DNA of 64,000 nucleotides from Bryobacteraceae bacterium (GTDB lineage: Bacteria > Acidobacteriota > Terriglobia > Bryobacterales > Bryobacteraceae): positions 15,768-79,767 of the forward strand of contig JBEKNN010000005.1 of assembly GCA_049522755.1 (NCBI GenBank). Reading direction: 5' to 3'. A model generated the notes under the pieces. That model did not search any database. It was not told the origin of the DNA and saw only the letters and a list, made by a program, of their open reading frames with translations. Below are positions 1 through 7,423 of this stretch, in pieces; within the stretch, counting starts at the first letter, position 1, and each line of letters opens with the position of its first letter. The position numbers were made by a program, and so were the translations under genes.

Positions 1-219
1 AGCTACTCTACCGCAATTCGAATGAGAATCAGATAGATCTATCACGCGTTGTCGATCCGGGTGAACTGTCTCTGAGAAGTCTTCGGACAATGTGGACGAT
101 GAGCCGCCATTATCGCGGCGCTCGATGAAGCGGCGGTCCACACGAAGAAGTTCACGCGCAGAGTATGGGCGTGATCGACATGATTCGCGTCCTATCGCGG
201 GTTATCCTGTGGCTGGCGC

Positions 220-262
220 TTGACGCGGCTCCCCTAGAGCGTTACCCTAGCATACTAGGGTA
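220..262 (+). promoter_or_regulatory. Putative padR promoter (TTGACG, 17-nt spacer, TACCCT) overlapped by the inverted repeat TACCCTAG-cata-CTAGGGTA (243-262). Candidate PadR autoregulatory operator.
   Basis: Read directly from the sequence. A -35-like hexamer lies at 220-225 and a TAnnnT -10-like hexamer at 243-248. A perfect 8-bp-arm inverted repeat ends 5 nt before the padR ATG, and a third CCCTAG half-site lies at 232-237. Confidence 0.35.
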
Positions 263-266
263 AAAG

Positions 267-596
267 ATGACGCCGCCTTCCGCCGCTTTGCAGGGCGCAC
301 TCGACCTGCTCATCCTCAAAACGCTTGCGCGCGAGCCCAATCACGGCTTCTCCATTGCGTTGCACATCCAGAGCGCCTCGCAGGGTTTGTTGCGCGTGGA
401 GGAAGGCTCGCTCTACCCGGCGCTGCATCGCCTGGAGCGCGACAAACTGGTGGCGGGCGAATGGAAAATTACCGACAGGGGCCGGCGTGCGCGCTATTAC
501 AAGCTCATGCCGGCGGGCCGCAAACGGCTTGCCGAAGCCGAACAACAGTGGTCCACCCTGGCGAAGGGCGTGACCAGAGTACTGAGGTTCGCATGA
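267..596 (+). CDS. PadR-family transcriptional regulator (acidobacterial PadR subgroup)
   Basis: 109 aa. Winged-helix PadR signature LDLLILKTLAREPNHGFSI...EEGSLYPALHRLERDKLV...RRARYYKLMPAGRKRL. Its stop overlaps the start of the downstream permease (ATGA). Confidence 0.9.
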   Translation: MTPPSAALQGALDLLILKTLAREPNHGFSIALHIQSASQGLLRVEEGSLYPALHRLERDKLVAGEWKITDRGRRARYYKLMPAGRKRLAEAEQQWSTLAKGVTRVLRFA

Positions 597-3247
597 AGCG
601 CGCTGCCGAAGCGTTGCGCCGCGCGCTGCACCGCCGCCATCGCATCGACGCGGAGCTGGCCGAAGAGTTGCGGTCGCATCTGGAGATGCGGGCGGAAATG
701 AATCGCGAGCGCGGCATGACGCCCAGCGAAGCCCGGGCCGCCGCGTACAAGCAGTTCGGCAGCGCAACTTTGATCCAGGAGGAAGCCCGCCGCATGCACG
801 TCAACGAATTTCTGGAGAGCGCAGTTCAGGATCTGCGCTACGCCTTCCGCAGCTTCCTGCGCAGCCCGGCGTTTGCGCTTAGCGCTACGCTGGCCCTGGC
901 GCTGGGAATTGGCGCATCCACGGCTGTATTCAGCGCCGTCGACCGCATCCTCTTCCGCAATCTTCCTTACCCGGAACCGGACCGTCTGGTTTCGGTCGGC
1001 ATCATGACGCCGCTCGACGCCACGGAGCTCATGTTCAGCGCTTCGTATGTGGATTGGCAGAAGGCGCAGGCGCCCTTCGAGGGGATGACCTCATGGAATG
1101 GCGTTGTGGATTGCGACCTTACGGACCGCGATCCGGTGCGGCTGGGCTGCGCGCAGGTGGAATCGAATTTCCTGCCGGTGTTTGGGATTCAGCCCATCCT
1201 CGGGCGCAACTTCACACCCGAGGAAGATGTTCCGAACGCGCCCATGACGGCGCTGCTGACGTATGGCCTCTGGCAGAGCCGCTTCGCCGGGAGCCGCAAT
1301 ATCGTTGGCGCGACTATCTCGCTGAACGGATCGCCAGCCCGGATTGTGGGCGTATTGCCCGATGGCTTCGAACTGCCGCGCTTGTATCGGGCCGATGTAC
1401 TGACGCCGCAGCGACTGAATCGCAGTTTCGCGCCCGGCGCTACGGGCCGCGATATCCGCGCCTTTGCCCGGCTCAAGGCGGGCGTCTCCATTACCCAGGC
1501 GCACGCCGCGCTGGAGCCTCTGTTCGCGCAATTTCTGCCCACCGTTCCGGCGCCCTTCCGCAAGCAAGTCTCGCTGCGAGTCCGCTCGGTGCGCGACCTG
1601 CAAACGCAGGATTCGCGCCTGGCATCGTGGCTGCTGCTGGGCGCGGTGGCCGCACTGCTGCTGCTGGCGTGCGCCAATGTGGCCAACCTGATGCTGGCGC
1701 GCGCGGCCAGGCGGCAGAGCGAATTTGCGGTGCGCGCAGCCATTGGGGCCACGCGCGGCCGGCTCTTCCGCCAGGCGCTGACGGAAAGCGCGCTGATTGC
1801 CGTAATGGGCGCGGCTGCCGGATGCGCTGTGGCGTGGGCGCTGCTGCGGATCTTCGTCGCCATCGCGCCCGCGGGCATCCTGCGTCTGGAACAGGCGCGG
1901 CTGGACGTTCGCGTGCTGCTGTTCACTCTCGCCGCGATGGCGCTCTCGGGCGTCTTGTTCGGCATCGTGCCCGCGCTCGAGATTCCACGCTGCGAAGCGC
2001 TCACGGGGTCGCGGATCGCCGGCGGCGGGCGCAGCTTTTTCCGCCACGCGCTGGTGGCTGCGCAGATGGCCATCTCCCTGGTCTTACTCAGCGGCGCCAC
2101 CTTGCTTCTGCGGAGCCTGTGGAACCTGGAAAACGCGCCGCTCGGCTTCGAAGGCGGCCGGGTGATTGCCGCTTCGTTTGTGCTTAGCCCGCACGCCTAT
2201 GCGGCGGCGCAGCGGCAGCAGGCGTTCTTCGAGGAACTGGAAACGCGCGCCGCCCAAATTCCCGGCGTCAGCGCGGCCGCTATCAGCGATTCCATTCCAC
2301 CCAGCGGGCGCGTTCGGTCGCGGCCATACACTTCGCTTCAAGCCGAAGGCCATGCGCGCTATACGCAGGATTCCGGCGGGATGATCGCGTGGCGATTCGT
2401 GACGCCCGGCTACTTCGCGGCGATGCGCGTGCCCATCCTACGCGGCCGTGGTTTTGTGGAGCGGGATCGCGATCCGGGCAACGCCGCCGTGGTGCTGAGC
2501 CAATCGCTGGCGCGCCGCCTTTTTCCGGGTGAAGACGCGGCCGGCAAGCGCGTCAGCTTCGGGGCCGGCGAGCCCTGGTACACGGTGGTGGGAGTCGCCG
2601 CCGACGTGAAGAACGCCGGCCTGACCGAGCGGCCCGACCCCGAGTATTACCTGGTGCGCGGCCACGGCAAAGATCCGGTCTATGCGGCGCAGGTGCTGCC
2701 GTTCGGGTGGCGCGCAGGCTCGGTGGTGGTCCGCACGTCGCTCGACGCGCACGCGGTCGCGGAATCGCTGCGGTCCATGGTGGCGGCGCTCGATCCAACC
2801 GTGCCGGTGACTGTGGAGACTATGGTGCAGCACACCGGCAGCCTGGCTCAGCGGCCCCGTTTCAACGCGATCCTGCTGACCATATTCGCCGCTATGGGAC
2901 TGCTTCTGGCAGCCATCGGCCTATACGGAGTGATGGCATTTCTGGTGGCGCAGCGCACGCGGGAGATCGGAGTGCGGATGGCGCTGGGCGCTTCTTCCGG
3001 AGCCATCGCCCGCATGGTGCTGGCGAATGCGGTGCGATGGACCGGCGCGGGAGCGGCTGCCGGGATCGCCGGCTCGCTGTTTGCGGAGCGGGCGCTGGGC
3101 AGCATGTTGTTCGGCATTCCTCCGCACGACCCTGCGACGCTGGCGTGCGCGGTCGCGATTTTAGGAACGGTGGCCGCGATTGCGGCGTGGCTGCCCGCGC
3201 GGCAGGCGGCGGCGGTGGATCCGATGGCGGCCTTGCGAAGCGAGTAG
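593..3247 (+). CDS. ADOP-type (acidobacterial duplicated orphan permease) MacB/FtsX-family permease, with an N-terminal cytoplasmic extension of about 75 aa
   Basis: The start was chosen at the ATG overlapping the padR stop; the track ORF from 461 runs through padR. It has two FtsX-like 4-TM modules (LLLACANVANLMLARAARRQSEFAVRAAIGATRGRL and MALGASSGAIARMV) separated by MacB-like periplasmic domains. No ABC ATPase gene is adjacent. Confidence 0.9.
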   Translation: MKRAAEALRRALHRRHRIDAELAEELRSHLEMRAEMNRERGMTPSEARAAAYKQFGSATLIQEEARRMHVNEFLESAVQDLRYAFRSFLRSPAFALSATLALALGIGASTAVFSAVDRILFRNLPYPEPDRLVSVGIMTPLDATELMFSASYVDWQKAQAPFEGMTSWNGVVDCDLTDRDPVRLGCAQVESNFLPVFGIQPILGRNFTPEEDVPNAPMTALLTYGLWQSRFAGSRNIVGATISLNGSPARIVGVLPDGFELPRLYRADVLTPQRLNRSFAPGATGRDIRAFARLKAGVSITQAHAALEPLFAQFLPTVPAPFRKQVSLRVRSVRDLQTQDSRLASWLLLGAVAALLLLACANVANLMLARAARRQSEFAVRAAIGATRGRLFRQALTESALIAVMGAAAGCAVAWALLRIFVAIAPAGILRLEQARLDVRVLLFTLAAMALSGVLFGIVPALEIPRCEALTGSRIAGGGRSFFRHALVAAQMAISLVLLSGATLLLRSLWNLENAPLGFEGGRVIAASFVLSPHAYAAAQRQQAFFEELETRAAQIPGVSAAAISDSIPPSGRVRSRPYTSLQAEGHARYTQDSGGMIAWRFVTPGYFAAMRVPILRGRGFVERDRDPGNAAVVLSQSLARRLFPGEDAAGKRVSFGAGEPWYTVVGVAADVKNAGLTERPDPEYYLVRGHGKDPVYAAQVLPFGWRAGSVVVRTSLDAHAVAESLRSMVAALDPTVPVTVETMVQHTGSLAQRPRFNAILLTIFAAMGLLLAAIGLYGVMAFLVAQRTREIGVRMALGASSGAIARMVLANAVRWTGAGAAAGIAGSLFAERALGSMLFGIPPHDPATLACAVAILGTVAAIAAWLPARQAAAVDPMAALRSE
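3203..3247 (+). repeat. Direct repeat copy 1 (45 bp): the 3' end of the ADOP gene
   Basis: caggcggcggcggtggatccgatggcggccttgcgaagcgagtag recurs at 3565-3609 with 2 mismatches. Confidence 0.95.
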
Positions 3248-3285
3248 GCCGCGCATCAATGCGGTACGTTTGACGTCAAGAGACC

Positions 3286-3609
3286 ATGGCACGTACACCC
3301 ATTCGCCCCGGAGAAATCCTCGGCGACGAGCTGGAGGAAACGGGCCTTTCTGCCAAAAAGCCCGCCGATACTATCGGAGTGCCGCCGAGCCGCATGTATC
3401 AGCTTCTGGCGGGAAAGCGTAGCATGACGGCGGACACTGCCCTGCGCCTCGGCCGGTATTTCGGCATGTCGGCCGACTTCTGGATGAACCTTCAGAGCGC
3501 CTATGAGCTTGACCTGGCGCGCCGGCAGAACGGCAAGGCCACACAGCGAATCCCGAAGCGCAGCCAGGCGGCGGCGGTGGATCCCATGGCTGCCTTGCGA
3601 AGCGAGTAG
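3286..3609 (+). CDS. higA: HigA-family antitoxin-like XRE HTH protein. Orphan (no higB), with a C-terminal tail encoded by a duplicated permease 3' end.
   Basis: 107 aa. PIRPGEILGDELEETGLS...GVPPSRMYQLLAGKRSMTADTALRLGRYFGMSADFWMNLQSAYELD matches the HigA antidote pattern. The last 14 aa (AAAVDPMAALRSE) are identical to the ADOP C-terminus. Confidence 0.85.
   Translation: MARTPIRPGEILGDELEETGLSAKKPADTIGVPPSRMYQLLAGKRSMTADTALRLGRYFGMSADFWMNLQSAYELDLARRQNGKATQRIPKRSQAAAVDPMAALRSE
3565..3609 (+). repeat. Direct repeat copy 2 (45 bp, 43/45 identical to 3203-3247)
   Basis: Direct comparison of the two stretches. This copy supplies the in-frame 3' end and stop codon of the higA ORF. Confidence 0.95.
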
Positions 3610-3611
3610 AT

Positions 3612-3636
3612 CGACCGGCCGGGAGGCCGACGCTAC
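3612..3636 (-). repeat. REP-like element (minus-strand GTAGCGTCGGCCTCCCGGCCGGTCG)
   Basis: A GTAG head followed by an imperfect palindrome with a GGCC-TCCC-GGCC core. It is the same type as the copies at 20472, 42395 and 55491. Confidence 0.5.
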
Positions 3637-3651
3637 CTTAATCCCAGCTCA

Positions 3652-4932
3652 TTAATTCCGGTTCATCGCCGCCACGCGCCACAGCGGCTTATCCTTCTCA
3701 TCCGGGCTCTGCGCGAAATCCTGGGTGGTCTTGGCAAAATCGTAGTCGCGCCAAAGCCAGATCAGAGACTCGGGAAGCTCGGCCTTGCCTTGCGCCTGGT
3801 TGTGCGTGCCGGGGCCGAAGGAAAAATGATAATCGTACAGGCGCAGCTTCAAGGAGTTCGCCAGCTCGATGTTGGCCAGCGGCCAGCTTCCGGCGCGCGG
3901 GTTCTCCTGGTCTTCGGCGCCATCTTGCATCCACACGCGGATGTTGCGCTTGGGCTCCTGGCGCACGCGCAGTGGATACACAAATCCGCCAACCGGCTCG
4001 GCGGGGCTCCGCTGCAGCGCAGCGAAGCTGCCGATCCAGCTCAGTACGCGCGAAAACTGATCGGGCTTCAGAAAAGCCGCGTTGAAGGAACAGATGCCGC
4101 CGGAGCTTTCGCCTACCATCGCGCGGCTGTAGCCGTCGTGGCGAAGCTTGACGTGCTTTTCGATCTCCGGCAGAACTTCTTCCAGAAGATATCGCGCGTA
4201 GGCATCGTCCACGGTGTCGTACTCGATGGAGCGCATGGCCTTCTCGGCGGCCATGCCGGGCTGGATGAAGACGTTGACCATGGGCGGGATCTTCTTTTGC
4301 GCGATCAGATTGTCGAGCGCTTCGAAGACGTGGTAATCGGCCGGGTGCTCGACGTAGAATTGGCCATCGCCCCAGATCTGCACCGGCAGCGGCGTCGATC
4401 CGTCGTACTGCGCGGGCGTCCAATACCAGACGTTGGCGGTCATGCCCGGGTAGACGTGGCTCTCGATCACCAGCTTGTCACTGACCTTGCCCGTGGGCAC
4501 GCCCGGTTGCGCGTAGCTATCGGGGCCGTAGACGGCGAGATCGTTGGCGCCGCCGAAAACCTTGCCGTTGACGATCCATTGATAGCGGTACGCGGTTCCC
4601 ATGGGAAGCGAGCCTTGATACACCCAGAGCCCGCCTACTTTAACGGGGGTCACAGGAGGCATGGTTGCCGCGACGTTCCCTACCTGAAGCTGCGGCTGGC
4701 TCGCCGATTCGACGGCCCAGATGAATTCGCCGCGCTCTCCGGCGGCCGCGGCGCCTTTGGTCAGCGCATCGGCGGTGAACGTCTGGCGTAACGATTGTTC
4801 CAGCGCGGGGTCGTGGTTTCTGTACTGGTCGAGCAGGTCTTTGGTGGGTACTTTCTGGGCGAATGCCACGGAGATTGCGCACAACATCGTGCACAAGCTC
4901 GTGCACAAGCTCGTGCACAAAGACAGCGCCAT
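3652..4932 (-). CDS. Secreted esterase of the enterochelin-esterase-like alpha/beta hydrolase family
   Basis: Start chosen at MALSLCTSLCTS... (signal peptide), 4 nt after the upstream stop. It has an N-terminal Ig-like domain and then a hydrolase domain with the nucleophile motif GESSGG. Confidence 0.7.
   Translation of the reverse strand: MALSLCTSLCTSLCTMLCAISVAFAQKVPTKDLLDQYRNHDPALEQSLRQTFTADALTKGAAAAGERGEFIWAVESASQPQLQVGNVAATMPPVTPVKVGGLWVYQGSLPMGTAYRYQWIVNGKVFGGANDLAVYGPDSYAQPGVPTGKVSDKLVIESHVYPGMTANVWYWTPAQYDGSTPLPVQIWGDGQFYVEHPADYHVFEALDNLIAQKKIPPMVNVFIQPGMAAEKAMRSIEYDTVDDAYARYLLEEVLPEIEKHVKLRHDGYSRAMVGESSGGICSFNAAFLKPDQFSRVLSWIGSFAALQRSPAEPVGGFVYPLRVRQEPKRNIRVWMQDGAEDQENPRAGSWPLANIELANSLKLRLYDYHFSFGPGTHNQAQGKAELPESLIWLWRDYDFAKTTQDFAQSPDEKDKPLWRVAAMNRN
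4873..4920 (-). repeat. In-frame 12-nt tandem repeat, four units (two perfect, two diverged), inside the esterase signal peptide
   Basis: Minus strand reads TTGTGCACGAGC x2, then TTGTGCACGATG, then TTGTGCGCAATC. This encodes LCTS-LCTS-LCTM-LCAI. Confidence 0.9.
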
Positions 4933-4936
4933 CCGT

Positions 4937-5971
4937 TCACTGTTTCTTGACAGGCTCAGTTTTGTCGGCATTGGGATCGGCCTTCGCATCGGCCCTCGGC
5001 CCACGACGCGCGCGAACCACGGGCTGAGCGCTGGCGAGCTCGGTTAGCGCCTTGACGACGGCGCCGGTTTGCGCTTCATCGGGCATGAGCAGTTGATGCT
5101 TGCCCTGGGCGGAAGCGGTGAATTCAACGCCGGCGGCGCTTGCACGAAAGAGGCCGGGACCGGACAATTTGAAATAGCCCTTGTCGGGCCGAATCGCGTA
5201 GAGCGAGGCATCCATGATGGAAGTGGGCGCGTCGTAAGGCGCGCCATTTGCCGATGCAGATTCGAACGCGCGGTAGGCGTCGGCCACCGGATGCGCCTTC
5301 GACCAGGCGAAATCCTTCTCGATGCTGGAGGCGGGGAAGCGCACGGCGGCGCCGAGCTCCGCGCTGCACGCGTAAATGGGCGTGGGCCAATCGTCGAAGA
5401 CGCGCTGGGCGGCCTTGGCATCGGCCGCGATCCATGGGCCGGCGGCGATCGCCAGATAACGCACGTTGAGCGCGATCATCTCTTTGGAGCCGCGCAACTC
5501 CATCAAGCGCGCCAGGCTGGTCAACGGGCCCCCGGCGATCACGATCGTGTTGTGAGGCTGCGACGCGGTCAACGCGTTTCGCAGCACCGTCGCGGGGTCG
5601 GCGGTATCGTCGAAATTCTCAATCGCCGGTTTGTAGAGCAGGGCGCCATCGTCGCCGGTCTTTGCCAGAAGGGCAGGATACACCGCCAGCAGCTTCGGCT
5701 GGGGCTTACCTTGCGCCACGTCCGCGAGACCGACGGGGAACGATGCTCCAAACCCGAATCCGCCCGCGGCGCCCGTGTAGAAGCGCTTCACGATGTCGCA
5801 GAATTGAGCGGCGGCGAAATCGGGGCGGCTCACGGTGACCGCGCTCATGCGCATCTCGCCCTTGCCGTCAAGGCCGTAGAGCAAAGCTAAGGCGAGCAGG
5901 TCGTCGATGCGATCGAAGGCGCTATCGAAGAGCACGCCAACCGACGGGGGGGCTGCGCCTGGGAATTGCAT
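4937..5971 (-). CDS. Inosine-uridine nucleoside hydrolase-like protein (divergent) with a Lys/Pro/Asp-rich C-terminal tail
   Basis: GGPLTSLARL resembles the IUNH GPLTNLA motif. The N-terminal LFDSAFDRIDDLLAL is a degenerate version of the DxDxGxDD Asp cluster. Confidence 0.4.
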   Translation of the reverse strand: MQFPGAAPPSVGVLFDSAFDRIDDLLALALLYGLDGKGEMRMSAVTVSRPDFAAAQFCDIVKRFYTGAAGGFGFGASFPVGLADVAQGKPQPKLLAVYPALLAKTGDDGALLYKPAIENFDDTADPATVLRNALTASQPHNTIVIAGGPLTSLARLMELRGSKEMIALNVRYLAIAAGPWIAADAKAAQRVFDDWPTPIYACSAELGAAVRFPASSIEKDFAWSKAHPVADAYRAFESASANGAPYDAPTSIMDASLYAIRPDKGYFKLSGPGLFRASAAGVEFTASAQGKHQLLMPDEAQTGAVVKALTELASAQPVVRARRGPRADAKADPNADKTEPVKKQ

Positions 5972-6001
5972 TGGTTATGGAGCCTCGGTTAATAAGACGA
6001 G

Positions 6002-6043
6002 AGCCGGCTGAAAGCCGGCTGCAGCCAGGATTGGCTGCCCCAC
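6002..6043 (-). repeat. REP-like element: GTGG head plus two adjacent hairpins
   Basis: Minus strand reads GTGGGGCAGCCAATCCTGGCTGC AGCCGGCTTTCAGCCGGCT. It lies just downstream of the DUF1552 gene stop and may also act as a terminator. Confidence 0.55.
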
Positions 6044-6082
6044 AACTCTGTCTAAAATTGTCACCATATTAGGCGGAACACG

Positions 6083-7423
6083 CTAAGTCAGGTCGAGACC
6101 TTCCAGACGGCCGGTGGAATCGCCGAACTCTTCCATGCGCACGCCCATACGGTCCATCATCGTCAGGTGCAGGTTGCACATGGGCGTCTCCTTGCGAGCG
6201 ACGATGCGGCGGCCGGTCTTGAACGCCCCGCCCGCCTTGCCTGCAATCATCGTCGGCAGGTCTTCGTGCAGATGGCGGTTGCCGTCGGAAAGGCCCGCGC
6301 CGTAGACGATCATCGAGTTATCGAGCAGCGAGCGGTCGCCGTCGCGAGTGGCCTTCAACTTAGTCACCCACTGCGCGAACTGCTGCATGTGATAGGCGTT
6401 GATCTGCGACACTTTCTCGATGAGATCGGGCAGATTGCGGTGATGCGTGAGCGGGTGGTGCCCATCGGGAATGCCGATCTCGCGATAGGCGCGCGAGCTG
6501 CCTTCGCGAGTGACCAGGAACGTGACTACGCGCGTCATGTCGGCCTGGAACGCGATCGTGATCATGTCGGTCATCAGCTTGAAGTGCTCGGCGAAATCGG
6601 CGGGGATGCCGTAGGGCTTATCCATGTGCGGATCGATGCGCGCATTGGTCGCCTCGGAAGCTTCGATCTGGCGCTCGATCTCACGTATGGAGGATAGATA
6701 CTCGTCCAGTTTGCGCCGGTCGTCCGGGCCGAGCCTGGTTTCGAGAGTGCGCGTGGATTCGTTGACGAAATCGAGGATGCTGCGGCGGTAGAGCGCCTGG
6801 CGCGCGCGCGCCTGGGGACTCATCGGTATGCCATCGCCGAACAGGCGCTCGAACAGATCGCGCGGATTGAGCGTGGGCGGCAGCGGAACGGTTTCGCTCT
6901 TCCAGGCGAGGTTGTTGGTGTAGGCGCAGGAGTAGCCGGAATCGCAATCGCCCGCCTGGCGGCCGTCTTCCATGCCGATTTCGAGCGACGGAAAGCGCAT
7001 CTGGCTGTCGGCTTTAGAGGCAATGTGCTGGTCGAACGAGACCCCGGCGTGGATATCCGCCAGGGACTTTTTCACGTGTACGCCAGTGAGATACGTGCCG
7101 CAGCAGCGGCCGTGATCGCCGGCGCCATCGAGCAGCGCGCGGCCGGCGTTGTGGGTGAGGTTGCCAAGCAGCAGGATATCGTCCTTCAGCGGCTCCATCG
7201 ACTGCAGCGTGCGCGGCAGAGCTTGCAGAGGGCCCTCATACTCGGGATTCCACCCCTGCATGATGAGGCCGTTGGGCACGTAGACGATCGCCATGCGCAC
7301 CGGCGCCTTGGGCGTGGCCGCGAAGGCCGGCGCCATGGCATCCAGGAACGGAAGCGCCACGGCGGCGCCCATGCCGCGCAGAAATGTTCTGCGTCCAAGC
7401 GCCTTACGTTCGATCATCGTCAT
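6083..7423 (-). CDS. DUF1552-family protein with a twin-arginine signal
   Basis: 446 aa. N-terminal RRTFLRGMGAAVALPFLDAM. Its ATGA overlaps the upstream DUF1592-type gene, which is the usual partner of DUF1552. Confidence 0.7.
   Translation of the reverse strand: MTMIERKALGRRTFLRGMGAAVALPFLDAMAPAFAATPKAPVRMAIVYVPNGLIMQGWNPEYEGPLQALPRTLQSMEPLKDDILLLGNLTHNAGRALLDGAGDHGRCCGTYLTGVHVKKSLADIHAGVSFDQHIASKADSQMRFPSLEIGMEDGRQAGDCDSGYSCAYTNNLAWKSETVPLPPTLNPRDLFERLFGDGIPMSPQARARQALYRRSILDFVNESTRTLETRLGPDDRRKLDEYLSSIREIERQIEASEATNARIDPHMDKPYGIPADFAEHFKLMTDMITIAFQADMTRVVTFLVTREGSSRAYREIGIPDGHHPLTHHRNLPDLIEKVSQINAYHMQQFAQWVTKLKATRDGDRSLLDNSMIVYGAGLSDGNRHLHEDLPTMIAGKAGGAFKTGRRIVARKETPMCNLHLTMMDRMGVRMEEFGDSTGRLEGLDLT

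Noticed and set aside
1-60. A tRNA-like fragment suggested by AATTCGAAT and GGTAGAGTAGCT-like strings at the window edge.
   Set aside because: No T-stem complementarity flanks the TTCGAAT-like loop, and the D-arm-like string is in the wrong order and orientation. No cloverleaf can be drawn.
461-592. Track start at 461 for the first ADOP permease (928 aa).
   Set aside because: The extension runs through the padR coding region in another frame and has no family features. The ATG at 593 overlaps the padR stop (ATGA) and matches the N-termini of the other ADOPs.
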